A DNA stretch of 63,328 nt, filler included, from Perkinsus chesapeaki ATCC PRA-425 (taxonomy: Eukaryota; Protista; Perkinsozoa): NCBI GenBank assembly GCA_013115145.1. It is 4 parts of 4 records of this genome, joined end to end, with 100 filler letters (N's around TTAATTAATTAA, not from the genome) between each part and the next. Parts side by side here need not be neighbours in the genome. Positions count along the whole stretch, not along the records: positions 17,846 to 38,719 come from JAAPAO010000609.1; 3 more parts are not named here. The stretch is one strand, 5' to 3'. Positions 22,521 to 35,703 of the stretch are shown here, one piece after another (positions within the stretch are counted from its first letter, which is position 1; each line of letters starts with the position of its first letter). The translations under genes and the position numbers were made by a program. The notes below the pieces were generated by a model that saw only the letters and a program-made list of their open reading frames with translations, made no database searches and was not told the origin of the DNA.

Positions 22521-24356
22521 GTTAACTAAGCGATCTCGACGTACTACGAGTGATACTACGTCGCCATCGTTTCGTTACTCGTTCAAGAAGCTCCAGTGGT
22601 TCGAAAAGGAGGGTTTCTCCTTTACTATTACTGCTCATGGATGAACATCGGATAATGGCTCGCCGTTGATGCATACATTACTGAACGCGCCGGAACTACT
22701 AGGCGTCTGGTCTGTGAGCGGCACCGAAACATGGTGTGTCTTTCAGAAGGCAGGATAACACCTAACCACGAACTGCCAGTGACCCGAACAAATATGAAGC
22801 ACTTCCATTGATTCAAGACCTGTACCAAGTGTTTTACGAATACTTGAATCCTGATGTGCCACACACCTGGCCGTCGGTGACTTGAGCGCAAAAGAAGCGG
22901 TGAAACCTTCGCTTTGAAGCGTCATTGCTATCCAGTTTCGCATAGCTTCCTGTGTAGGCTGTACAGCTACGCTTCGGCACAGGTCAGAGCCAAGATAAAT
23001 AATGTCGCTCTGAGTTTGGTAGTACCAAAACACAAAGGCTTTCAAGGTGCGACACCACAAGCTTTATCCCTAGGGCTCGAAGAGTTCACCCTTACCATAG
23101 TAAGTTACCCGTAGCTACACCCAGCTTAACCGGACCAGGTATAAAATGAGAAGAGCTCAATAGAGCTATCGGATCCTCTCAGCCGCCATTCCAAACTCCG
23201 ATTACCTTGAATATAGTTTCTCACGAAAGATGGCGATCAGCGTGGCAACTTCACAATGTGGAGTCCATTTTTGTTTTTCCCCTCGAGATACAGCGCCCGG
23301 GTGCCACCAGAACTCCTTAGGAACTTCAGTGAGTCTTTTTCTTTCATGCAAGCGGTGTGATCTTCAGCGTCACACGCTTCATTAAGCGATGTCCTTGTGT
23401 GCCCCGGGGGCCACGGACGGCCTCAAAAAGTGAGAAAGATTGAGAACATGCCTAAATCTTCGAGGCTTTCTTCTCAACTCATGACTCCAAGAAGATTAGG
23501 GGCACTACCTTAAGCGCTGGCGATGCAATGATTATATCGCATTTCGGGCCCCTCAGCGATACTCAACACGAAAGGTCAGTGTAATTTTATCATTTCAGTG
23601 AACATTTGCGGGCCCACTCTCTACCGCACACAGCTCTGTGAACAAATCGCTGGCTTAACAAGGGGGACTTCGTCACTTTCACTTTGACTGAGTGACTTAC
23701 AGTACCTATAGTTAAGCTGCAAGACTATTATCAGCTTCTACGAGATAGCCATGGGTATGTCGCTGGACCGAGAGTTCGCTGAACCTCGGCCTCCAACACA
23801 GCGCAACGGTGAGATGCAGTCAGACGGTGGACAGACTGCTTAACATTCGGGCGACTGTCTTGCCACATTCGACCTCGCAGAGTTTAACCCTATCCTGACA
23901 CCTTCGGAGTTGCAGATTTAGGTCTTGGACAGTCACTGTCTGTCTCCCACGCGACATGATATACACGTATATCATGTATAGAGGTTCTATAACAGAACTA
24001 AATGTTATGTTACTCTGTATGGGACGAATCCAGAGGAGCATTTGCTCTTATGGCTACTATAGCTACGGAAATGTTGCCCTACTCTATAGAAAATGGAGCA
24101 TCCGCCGTGCGTTGCAAGTATGCCGATCTTTACACCTCGGTGGAGGAAGATTTGATACGGTCCTGTGAGATCAAATTGGCCGCAGGCCGGGTAACTTACT
24201 GTCCTTGAGATGGCAGTCATCCGGTCAGTGACGCAGAACATTGCGACTGTCTACCTTATGTGTCACATAATATGTGAGGAGTCACCGAGGCTCGGTGACA
24301 CGGATATGAACAGTCCGCTACTCACGGTGCTGTGGGCGCAGAGCTGCGCGTTTGAC

Positions 24357-24709
24357 CAGGGCTCGTATGCGGATCCTGATTCCCGACTCACCCGAGTTGA
24401 GTTAGCTCAACCTGTGAGTTAGACTCATGAGCTTACTCAACGTGTGATTCACTGAATCTGAGTAAGATTCCTCATTGGGGAATCGCCAAATCCGTTAGTG
24501 ATTCGCCGAATCTGATTGGGTGATTTATGAGTTGAGTAACTCATTCGAACTGACTCGGCGATTCTGTGGTGATTCGTTAGATCTGAGTTGATGCGGGAGA
24601 ATCTGAGTAGAGAATCAGTGAAATCGGAGGATCAGCTCACTGTGTGAGTTGATTGCCTGACCATTTACTCAAACTCAGTCCCCGAATCAGGATCCGCATA
24701 CGAGCCCAG
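24357..24709. mobile_element. 353-bp MITE with 24-bp perfect inverted repeats
   Basis: gggctcgtatgcggatcctgattc (24359-24382) is the exact reverse complement of 24684-24707. Ends CAGGG.../...CCCAG; interior rich in GAGT/GATTC/GAATC motifs; GAC on both flanks. Confidence 0.8.
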
Positions 24710-24792
24710 GACGCTTCGTGGGAAAGTTCCCTCGAAAGTTAGTTAGGTGCACGAGTCTTTTTATTGTAGATTCTGGTTCCTAATTAGCAGCC

Positions 24793-25657
24793 ATGGTTCT
24801 TCATTTCATCCTTACCGCTTTCGCTGGCACCCGCCTTCTACTGGCAAACATGAATATTCCTGCGGGTTCCTACTTCGGTACGGTTAATGGACTTAACTCC
24901 TCAATTACGGTTTCTGATGACGGGTACCTCACGGGTGACTTAAAAGGCGATAGATTCTCGGTTGAATTCAAGCGTATATGCTATAGTATACCCGACTACA
25001 CAGGCCGGATCACCCTCAATTCCAGCGACTTCCCGAATGATCCCCAAAGGTTTCCCTTTAACTATCACTTATGGAGACTGAAATATTTATCGTATACGGA
25101 TGAACTCAGCCTTGTCATGTCATTCCATCGTGTACCTTTTCGGTTGGCTCATAGGTCTCTAAGCAGGGGGTTTAGGAAAGGAACCAAGACTGTCCTGACC
25201 ACGCCTGCCCCTACGACACTGGAATTGACGCAACATCTACCACTCTATCGGAAACTCTGCCTCGTCGAGGAACAGCCTAATCCGCACCATTGGCCATCCT
25301 ACTTCGTCTTCTCTAGAGACTCTCTCCAAGCTGGGCTGCGGTCCGGCCGCCAGCCCGCCGGACTCCGGCGTTTCCGTGATAATATCACTTAACGTCGAGT
25401 ATTCTCTAAGGAACGTCAGCGGACCTCTAGAAGTTATACTGGGCTTGGATGGTCCCTCTGAGTATCCATATACACTTTTCAACTTCAGGTTAGAATATGA
25501 TATTGAAGCTAATGCATTGATGATGGTCAGCAAAGATACCCAGATTCTCCCGTTAACCTTGCCATGGCTCGAACAGCGCATGGCTTTCACAGTCGAAGCA
25601 TGCTCTACGTATAACAACGGCTCCAAAGCGCTCACTAATCTCGCTGGGTCTCATTGA
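24793..25657 (+). pseudogene. Secreted two-module protein split by an apparent frameshift near 25330-25390
   Basis: Signal-like MVLHFILTAFAG; ORF 24793-25392 continues in a second frame (25376-25657); no plausible intron at the junction. Confidence 0.55.
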
Positions 25658-26939
25658 GTTTTGTTATGATTTCTCGTTATCACACAAGTTTTTACTCGGT
25701 TCATCTCGAACCAACGGTTGCTAAAGACTCGTCATAGGGTAACTGTATTTAGACTATCTGTCATCGTAAAAGATCGGTTCATGGCGCTGGCCACTTTTCC
25801 TATGCAGTTAAAGCATTAGTCAGGCTTCCGGTTCTCCGTCATCTCAGTGTTATATTAAGTTAATAATCCTGCATTGAAACAAGAGATTGAATGCCACCCG
25901 GAAGATTCCTTGCACGAAGGTAACCCAAGTTCGCCTTGCGGCACTACCAATGAACGAAATGAGAAGCGCTAACCAACATATTTCTTGTATCCTCCTTGTT
26001 AGAGGCATGCTTGGTCATGGCCACTCTTGACGAGTAACTGTATCACAATGCATCGAACGAAGTTCGAACAATCTGATCTGTGACACGAATATCCGGTTCG
26101 GGTACTAAGCACATGACCTCCTGTACTCCTAGTCACGGCACTCGACTTACGTCGAGGACTACAAACGAAAAGCGGCATTGTGACATAATAGTGCTGGTCA
26201 CTGGGGCCGATCAAACAGCTCTGTTAAGAAACACGAGCTATAACTCGTCTCAGGACCTCCACTAAGGACGAAGATTCTTCACCTCATTCCTAAAGGGATG
26301 CGACATTCCTGATCAAGCTGGTGACGGGTGATCACTAAAGCGTTCAAATGATCTAATCCAGTTATATCGACCGAGTGAATAGGAAGTTTTATTCCAACTT
26401 GCGTACGAGTTTCGAGCTATTAGTTAACTGCGGGATTACTCAGCTCGCCGCGGTGGCCTTTCAATTCAGCCTGCGTCTGAGCGGCCACAAGAATAGCTCC
26501 CTGGACAGCTGAGTAAACGGCGAGCACTATTCCGCTACCGGTGCAGGCCTCTCATGCACAGATAGCGTATTATTTCGTCGAGGACTTGTAACTGGCAAGA
26601 AACTGTCATAGAGAAAACTACAGTATACATGTACAGTTATGCAGTGGCGGGCCGTCCATTCTCTGGTCGCCTCGAAGACATTCAGCCTGAATTATTGATG
26701 CTTTGTCAAGGACCATTCTGCAATGCGTGCCCTCAGCCATTGATCCACTTTTAAGCCAAAAATTATTTGATTCCGAAAAACCGATAGATCATGTGAAGGC
26801 CGCAGAGGGCTGCATATGGAATACAGTACTCTCCGACGGAGTGTCTCCGTACCCAGAACGACAGGGACGGCCCGGCCAAACGAAAACTGTACTCGATTAA
26901 CAAAAGTCTAGTTTTATTCAGAGGTTGGATGGCTCCTCA

Positions 26940-27314
26940 TCACCAGCATTCATTCACTGCTTTGGTGGGAGCAGGCAGGGGCTTCATTAAACCAGTGCAC
27001 TGTAGAAGGTCGGCATTGCAGTTGTCTTCGCAGCATGCCTTGCATTCTATTTTGGAGTCCTTCATACAGTGACCAAGGCAGTTTTTGATGATACACTTAG
27101 CAAAGGTGCTGAAACATCCAGCGCATGGATAACTAAGCTCACAGCCTTTCTCTAGCATCCTTCGAAGCCTGGCAGTATCCAAGCCAGCTTTTTTACCGCT
27201 GTGGAGAAAAAAACCGGGGAAATTTCCACCGTTTATAGTATCCCTCTCACTGGAGTTGCATGCGTTCTGAGCACCAGCGAATACCACAACAAGCACTTTG
27301 ATGATGAGAACCAT
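26940..27314 (-). CDS. Small secreted cysteine-rich protein, 124 aa
   Basis: Signal-like MVLIIKVLVVVFAGA, about 13 Cys (CxxC, CxxxC, CxxCCxxxC patterns), intronless. Confidence 0.8.
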   Translation of the reverse strand: MVLIIKVLVVVFAGAQNACNSSERDTINGGNFPGFFLHSGKKAGLDTARLRRMLEKGCELSYPCAGCFSTFAKCIIKNCLGHCMKDSKIECKACCEDNCNADLLQCTGLMKPLPAPTKAVNECW

Positions 27315-28325
27315 TTAACGGCAAGTTCTAGAACGAGTGTGAAGTTGAGGGGTCAATATTACTGCGCGCCGATGAACATTTCGCACGCGTGCGTTGAAAG
27401 TTCGGATGTCACCCGTTGACTCAACACTGTTGACATGTTTACGGACTGTTTACGCTCTGTAGAGCGTTCATCGTGAAGCCTAGGCGGAGCCTTCGCTTCC
27501 CACTGTTGAGGCTTTAAGTAAGTAAACCCTCCTACATGTATTCAGGTTTCGAGGGCCTTTCCCAATAAGCCTTATTGAATAAGGCCGCTGTGCGGCACCG
27601 CCTGTGCGGGTAAGTCCTTTTTGACAAGGACCTTGTACTTTCGCCAGCGCACCGTTTTCGCGCGCTGGGCCAGCGAATAGACCTTCACAGTGTCGGGCTT
27701 CGGGTTCGCAGGACTCCCGTTAGCCGCCAATTCAGATTTGGCTAACCTCTTTACCACAGGTGCTTTCGACGGAACCGCAGCTACGGCTCCTACATCGTTG
27801 GGCTCACACTCGAGTCCACACCGCTTCATCACTCCGTAGATTTCCTACGGGGTCTGCAGCAGCCCTATCCAGCATTAACAAGAACGGCATTGCTACACTT
27901 AAAGTCAAGAATCGCCCCAATGATCACAAACTTGACGGATGACGAGCGACTTCGGGGTCATATACAGTATACGGTATACTGCACGATACGGAACACGACA
28001 TATTGCCACACAGAAAATAATGTGTTAAAGAGCAATCACTTCTATGAAGTATCAGAAAGGTTTATCATTTCGCTTCAGGCTTGGTTTTAGTGTTGTATGC
28101 ATGTAAGTTATAAGCGAGATGCTCCACGCGCTCTGCCACTGCCAGGAGTCTGAGTGGACTCAGTGCGGTAGGTGGAAGAGCGAAAGTGAGACCTCCATTC
28201 GAGCCTCCCAGCATCCTCAACAACTCGCGCGTGCATCTTCAAGCCGTGGCCAGCAAGCTGATCCAGTTGTGTGGAGACAATCTAAGTGAAACTGAATCGT
28301 CAGCGCATATCCGAAACGCTTCATA

Positions 28326-28739
28326 TCACACCAGGCGTTTTGCTGAATCGCCACTGGGCGGCGACCTGTCCTGAATATTTTGGTCACGTTCTCGCCGCAA
28401 GAAAGCATATCTCCGATAGTAACGGCAGAAGCTTAATACCCTAACAAGAGCATCTGAATGACCAGTGTGAAGCGAAGTCAGGCGGCTGCACTTGTTGTTT
28501 ATAGGCCGACCAATGAAGTCCCAGGTAAGAAAATCAATTGACGAAGCCCGATTGCTCAAGTTGCTCGGCTCAAACACAACGGTGTACTGGTTCCCCCAGT
28601 ATTCTGACAGCAGGAACTGGAAGCTACATTCATCCAAGCTGAGTATACCTCCTCCCCCTATAGTGGCGTATTCGTTACTGTGTATCGTTGATTCGCAAAT
28701 CTCGTACAGATAAGCATCTGCTGGCAGCCGCTGCGTCAT
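28326..28739 (-). CDS. Hypothetical coding segment (separate gene or C-terminus of the channel gene)
   Basis: 137-aa ORF with globular-like composition; splice linkage to the upstream gene not resolved. Confidence 0.35.
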   Translation of the reverse strand: MTQRLPADAYLYEICESTIHSNEYATIGGGGILSLDECSFQFLLSEYWGNQYTVVFEPSNLSNRASSIDFLTWDFIGRPINNKCSRLTSLHTGHSDALVRVLSFCRYYRRYAFLRRERDQNIQDRSPPSGDSAKRLV

Positions 28740-28756
28740 CCCATCTTCCGTATCTG

Positions 28757-31700
28757 TTAAATTTCATCACCTTCAATGAACGTCACCCTCATCAGGTCAC
28801 CAGAATTGAACAGTCCTGTGTTCTCCAGGTCGTCCATGTCGACATACTTCTTAGCAAATAGCGGTGCTAGGGCTTTCACCAGCTCCATCCTATGAGGGTA
28901 TCCTCGCCAGCGGAATAGAAACCTTGACGTCATCACCTGTGACAGGAAAATTCCTGACCTCAACCGATAGCTCTCTCACCGCCATGTAGTCACGAATAAA
29001 CGTTTGGGTGTATTCGGCTTTAAGCACTGTTCGACGGACTGTCAAATAGGCCTCAACGACTATCGCAACGAAGAAGTTGAGCAGCGCTATGAAAATGACA
29101 ACAACAAATAATAGGAGGTATCTGCCGTCAGGCTAGGCCTTTTGGGAGGTGTATTCACAATGAATATGCCCTACAAGCTCAGAGATGGGTAGGTTGTCCA
29201 ATGGGGGATGTCCCATTCTCCGGACCAGAGGATCTCAAACTGTATGATAAGTGTAGACCATACCTAACTTGAGCACGACTTCGCTGATGCATCTAATCTA
29301 AGCTCCTACTGTGCGAAAATGCTCGAAGTGTTCGCCGCCTGCGAGGTTGCCGATGAGAGACATGAAGACGAAAATCGTTGTGAATGTTATTCCTGAATCA
29401 CCAAGTCACAGGGCTGAACGAAACTTAACCGTAGCTGTTGTGAACCTCAAGAACGACATACCGAAGTGGAATATCTCGTCCCGTGCGGTATACCAGGTGC
29501 CAGAGAGTGCCGCTACCATTGGATGACCCCCGAGGCACTTGATAATCCTCCAAATCATGATATACCTGCAAGCTTGCTATCCAAGTGTGTTTGGAATACC
29601 TACATGAGAAGCATTCCGAAGTTGGCCGAATAAGCTTCCTTTCGAAGGGCCCATTCCAATTCAAGCACACCGGCGCGAACCTGAGTCAGATAAATCCCTT
29701 ATCGGGTGACGATCCGACAGCAGGTCTCTGTTTTTTTTGAAAAACTTCAAATTGGACATACCTCTTACTTCTGAGGCAGAGGATTGATCATTGAATGCGG
29801 CTATGCGAGTTGCCAGATTAAAATGAGGATCGGAATTGGATGACCATCTGAAAGACGAAGCAGCAGCTCCGCTTCGCTGTTATGCTTGCTCACATGATAG
29901 CTCTCCATACGGCGAAGATGAGCGTAAGGCAGTTGATTATGAGACTTCCTGCGAACCTGTCGACACCATTCGAATTGCCATAACTTTGATACTCGCCAAG
30001 ATATCTTTCTTCTGAGGGCTCCTTTGATCTCTCGATGCAGAAGGATGCGGCTCTCATGCACCGAGTAAGGGCCTGGAATAAACCCACAATCAGCAGAGCT
30101 ATTGGACGGGACATGCATACCCTTCAGAGCACCATCCTCTTCCGTGGCGAATTCGGCATCATGCCCACGGACGAGAACGACCGCCCGAATAATCTTGAAC
30201 CTAATCAACCACAGGTGTGTTCTGAGTTGGCAAGAGTAACATACGTGTCCCTGAGTATGCCGATCATCGCAATGGCCAGTATCAAGGTGTTCACTGATAT
30301 CCATGCTGCGTGTCCAGCTGGTGATAGCGAACACCTGTGGAAACACCTCAAGCGACACCGCCGATTTCACAGGCTGTGATATGAAAACAAATGGTGCGTC
30401 AACGCATTGCTGCGCCTCATCCCTGTGAGAGGTTCAAACATGATTCGTCATGCAAATAAAGCCGGCTTCTTGGCTGCTGGGGGAGAGTTTACACGATCGC
30501 CAACTTACCCTTGCGCTAAGTGTAGTTCTCCGACAATCGTCGCATCCGTTAGGCCTGTGCATGGATACAACCTTCATACTAACTACAGTTCACTACTACT
30601 TGCTCGCTGCCATGCCAAACGCAAAACCGATATGCTACTCGAGTCTATACCGTACGTCTCAGTATAGAAAGCAAAAAGTGCCTACTAAGAATGGTCGAAT
30701 ACACGGAGCCGAGGGCCGAAAGAGCTTACTTCCAAACCATCAACCTGATCTGCAGCAAGGCGGCTCTGAAAGTCTTGATCACTGATTGCTCTAGTTAGCT
30801 TGTGCACCATCGTGGATCCCACTGGCTTAACTGGAAGAAAAGGGGGTAATATAAAAACGGAGATGTACATGTTGTATCGCTTTAAACCTAACCTAGGATT
30901 AATGAGCGGAGGTTGTTCGAGCCTTTGATGGAGGACGAGAACACATGGGGACATGAGACGAGGAGAAGTGTAACCTACTTGTATTTTCGTAACTACATCC
31001 TTTGGAGGTCCTGCACAGATTGATGATAGGCTACTCGGATTTACCCGGGCTTCACCTATTCCGTGATGGCAAGCCAGCATCTTTGAGAAGGCTTCTGTAC
31101 ACTCTTTCCATCTCTATAGAGCAACTCTTATGCCTAAGCCGGCAGTATGGATCTGCTGCTATTGGTGTGCTACAATGGTTTTGGCGTCTCAGTGAGCACG
31201 GGAACAGTGAGCATGAAGGTTGCGTACTCAAATATAGTGTTGCTGCCATTTAAATCGTGAATACCAGCGAGCTCGTTGACCTGGAAGGGCACCGCTAAGA
31301 ATGGAGGGACGATTGTGCTACAGCTCCCAGTGCCGAGACGATCGGCAACCAGCTTGTTGAAGGCTCGAATTCGTCGAGCAGCGAGTCCATACCGGTGGGC
31401 TCAAACAAGGGTTCAATGACTTGCTGAGTAATAAAAGTCGAAATTATTCATTTTTGAGAGTATCGTTGTTGCATGCATACTCTTGCAGCGCCTTGGTTAG
31501 TGAAACGGATGTTCAAGAATACCAATATTAACAGGCACAGAAGCAGCACAAGTCGGGTTCCGAGAACCTGGCAGGGATTCCGATAAGGAGGGCCGGCAGA
31601 GCTGAACTATCCCGGGGCACGCCAGGAGAATAAGCAGAGTCAAGTTACAAGGCTCGCCACCAGAGGGTGTCTCAGTGCTTACATGGAGGCTTATCTCGAG

Positions 31701-32017
31701 ATCAAGCCGGCTGATGAAGTTACGTCGATCAAATCTAACTGGAACAGTGGTTACGTTTCATAAGGGCCTGCGTAATACTTATAAAGTTTTCTGCGCCACA
31801 TACGTTGGACTTTAACTGCGGCCGCTGTTCGCTCTAGCATTAGTCTCGTGATTTGAGGGGCCTTCTGGCTAGATAGTAGGTGCCGTATCGCTGACGCTGC
31901 GCGCGCTATTGACGATCGTGATCGTGCCATGATACGAAGGTGACAAGGAGGATCTACGCGCTCACCAGAGAGGCGGAATGGCAGAAACGAAGTCGGAACA
32001 TGCCTCCTTCTAGCCAT
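28757..32017 (-). CDS. Polycystin/TRPP-like cation channel, multi-exon, with N-terminal IQ-like motif (span approximate)
   Basis: Exon ~28980-29120 encodes YLLLFVVVIFIALLNFFVAIVVEAY (PKD-channel S6-like). Exon ~29330-29400 encodes GITFTTIFVFMSLIGNLAGGEHFEHF (S5/pore-like). 5' ORF has AAVKVQRMWRRK. Linkage of the 5' part is inferred. Confidence 0.6.
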
Positions 32018-32347
32018 CAGAGGTCTACTTCACATGGAGCCTAGCCCAGTTAGGCCTTTCGATGCATGTCTACCCGTTAAATGATCAGTGTTGAAGTATC
32101 GCATAAATGCCTGGCCTTGCCTTGGTAGTCGGCGAAGAGTCTTTTGCTAAGCTGAACAGGCCCTCACTACAGTCGAGGATGCATGACAGCCGTTCAGTTG
32201 TGGGTCGAATGTGTACTGAACTCAAAGCATTCTACAATTACATCGAACACACTTGACATGATGTTACTAAAGACAAGTATATTTCCTATTAATGCATTAT
32301 GTTTGTGGCCTTTGGAGATTTAATAATGAACAGCAGTAGGAATTCCA

Positions 32348-35300
32348 TCAGAGTTGAGACGACAAGTGCGCGCCTGCGGATTCGGGTCTCACTATTCGCC
32401 GGCTCAAGGGGCTCTGTGACGGAGGATCTGCTCGTTGCGGATAATCGGTCGGCATACTCGACGCCGGAGGTGATACTGTCGAATGTAAACCATGCACCTG
32501 ATAACGTGAGCGCCGAGAACCACAGCGTCGGCTGGCGTGACGCTCACCTGACTCTCGCGAATTCTCCCTAACTGGTTTTCAATTTGTTGCTGGCTTATCT
32601 GCAGTAGTTTCAATACTGAGCTGTCAGCTTTCCGCGCCAAAAGATCAAGGACGTTCCTGAATCTTCCGCAAGTTCGCTGCTTCCAGGCCTTCTCAATTCT
32701 GGAACAACAGTCATTGTGGCCGCCTTAATATGCGGTGTCGCTCACCGTAAAGTGAGAGTTTCAGCCAAATCCTCCCATTTGGATAAATCGTTGGGCTCGA
32801 TCTGTACTAAACCCAACTCGGCCTCCTGCAAAAGTTCCTCGAACCTGATTGGCAACTCTTTTCCTCTTCCACCACGGATGTCCCGCTCACCTTGGTGCCG
32901 GGAAAACGCCGACAATCTGAGCGAATCTCACGACCGCTCGGGTCAGCGCGGAAATAGTGAGCCGTAAGTCCTGTATCTGCTTCTTCGTCGGGGACCCTCC
33001 GTCTTCTCGCTGGCAGACAGCAGCGAAATCCCTGCAAGTCATGGAAGCCCAGATAACTCACCCCGTGCGGGTTGTCCTGCGAGTCTTGCGATCGGAAGAG
33101 TGGCTGAGCAGAATGTACTGGGGAATAAGCAAGGCTAAGCCCTACTGGCAGAAAGCGCTGCCTGGAAGCCTCATCATGGCCGCTCTTCGCCATGGCCTCC
33201 CGGTATTCTGTGAGGCTTCGCTGGAAGCCTGCCAATCGCGTGTCAATAGTGCCTGATGAAAAGTATCATCCGTTCGTGGCGATAATCTGGTCCGACTTAT
33301 TCTGATTTCCAAATCCTCTTTTAAAGACTTTTCCAACTCCGCATTGTCCCGCTGGTTTTGCTCTAGCTTCACTGTCAGCCGACTCGTTGCTCTTTTGCTC
33401 TCACAAACCTGCACGCAAACACATTTCAACGAGCCAAGCAGCAACGGAGTTTGTCTTACCTCTCTATGACAGGCGTTGATATCGTCCGATATTCTGGACA
33501 CTTCGTCTCTTAAATCTATCACATTCCTCTCAGTCACTTGCAGACCAGCCTTCAGTTGATGCTGCTGCTGTTGCGTACCGTGGACGTCGGCTCCCTCCAG
33601 CCGTGTGGCGATGTGCGACACATCTCCCTGTAGGGAAAGCAAGTCGAGCTTCAATTGCCCGATAGATCTGTCGACGTCCTGGCTCCAGTCGACCTGTGAC
33701 TGACTGGCAGCTGCTGTTTGGTCGTTAATCTGCACTGCTGGTCTTTCAACCATTGCGCGAGTTTCTATGATACTGCGATGAAGGTCCTTCAATTCTCGGT
33801 TCATTGTCTCCTGACTCAAACCATCAAGTACCCGAAAGAGTGACTGTGGAGCTACATCGGCGCGTTGGTTGCTGGCGAAGAGTGCCTGCATGGCATCGGT
33901 CCTATTTCGCAGGTCGTTTAGATCCTCGCTGAGGCCATCTATGGCCCCAGCAAATTCGTCCATATTCTCCAAGCAGGCTGCGATGGCTTGTCGGCAATAG
34001 CCATCATCCGCCAATCCACCAGCTTCGGTCTACGAATGAAAGCGGTGAAGATAGCCTCGACTCCAGGCTTCTCTCTTACCCGGGTAGCCTCCTGTACCAC
34101 GTCTCCTGCATCCCTCCATTCTTCTGGTGCAAGGTGTCTGCTTTCGTTCTTCCCCTTAATGCTTTCTATGAGCTTTTTCAACTCCCCCTGGTTACTCTCC
34201 ATCTGATGAAGTTTCATCTCTAAGCGATCAATCCTGGCTCGGTCCTCGACAGCGGACTCCAGCTTCGCCTCGAGTATGACCAAGTGTCGTTGAATGGACT
34301 TCTGGTCCATCATCTCTTCCGGTGCTTGCATGCTCTGTTGCGTCAGCGAACGTCTTGTGACCTTGTGGAAGTTGGTGACTCTTGAACTAAGCGTCTCTAG
34401 TTTATTCTCAATGTCAACTATGCTGCTTTGGATCTGTCCTATCTTCCCATCCTGACTTGTTCCAGCTGAGCTTCCATCGATTTCGTCTTTATTCCGCAGT
34501 TCCGTTTCCTGGATCTCCACCTTATGCTCGAAAGCCTGTATCCGGCTCAGCAACGTGTTCAAGATGTCCCCATTGATCCCGCTAGTTTGCTGGTCAATTT
34601 GCATCAAATGCTTCTCGACCTTTTCCGCAATGCCAGAGGCTCCCACCGACCTTCGAGTAACAGCACACAGAAGGCCCAAGCACAGCTTCACCTTCTGCAA
34701 GTCATCTGCCCCTTCCGCCGACAGTGTTGCCTTACGAACGAATGACTTCCTAGCCTTGGTGAAAACCCTTTCGCCCTCTCCCGTGGCTGGCAGCGAAGTG
34801 CTCTCGATAATCTCGTCGATGCGATCAAGCCGTGCCGAGATGTTGTTCAAGTAGTCCCCGTTTATGCTGCTTGTCTGAGAGTCAATCTGCCCTATAAAAT
34901 TTTCCAGCTTTGGCAGGATTCCGGCTGAACTGGCGATTCTCCTAAGAGTTCCGCATATCAAACCTAAGCACAACTTGACCTTCTGAAGATCTTCTAGGTC
35001 GCCTCTCCTAAATGAGCCTGGTTCTGTCTCGTGCTCCCCAGCATCTCTAAGCTTGAGCTTCACAAGCAGTTTTCTTTCCTCCGCTAGTGCACGGTTGTTC
35101 AATACACTCAGGACGTCCCCATTAACACCATTTGTCTGCTTGTCTATCTGACCAATGTGCTTCTCTAGTTTGCCCAAAGTGCCTTGGGCAGAAGCCAGTC
35201 GCCTTAGAGTACCGCAGATCAGGCCCAGGCAGAGCTTCACCTTCTGCATTTCCTCGTGCTCATCGCAATGTACTTCACTCGCCACTAGTTTCGTTGCATC

Positions 35301-35504
35301 CGTGTTGTCAATTGCGTCTTCTATTATGTCGATTTTCCGCGTCAGAGTGTTCAGAAAGTCTCCGTTTATGCTACTTGTCTGTGTGTCGATTTGGTTCAAA
35401 TGTTTCTCGAGCTTATCAGCAACGTCAGCTGCCTGCGCAGTTCGTCTAAGCGCTCCGCAAATAAGTCCGAGGCACACTTTAACCTTCTGAAGGTCCTCCG
35501 ACAT
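32348..35504 (-). CDS. Large coiled-coil protein with four N-terminal ~60-aa repeats, multi-exon
   Basis: ATG 35504; intron 34030-34079 joins the 527-aa and 290-aa ORFs in phase; further short GT-AG introns lead to a probable stop at ~32348. Confidence 0.75.
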
Positions 35505-35703
35505 TAAAACAAGCCAAGCCACTCAGAGCTAATCATCTTGTGACAACACGAACACTGCCAATTTGCAAAGATCAAAGCCTTACGCGTAAAATGGTATAAC
35601 AATGAAATAAGTTTGCCACTGCGGCAAGGCTCAATAAGAGCATAACACTTGGGCGCATAACAAAAATGCCATTGGAGGTATTATCTATGTACAACGTATA
35701 TCT

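Noticed and set aside
27572-27832. 86-aa basic ORF
   Set aside because: No recognisable motif or splice support; cannot be told apart from a chance ORF.
27965-27981. Isolated 8-bp-arm odd palindrome
   Set aside because: About one such palindrome is expected by chance in 63 kb; not counted as evidence on its own.
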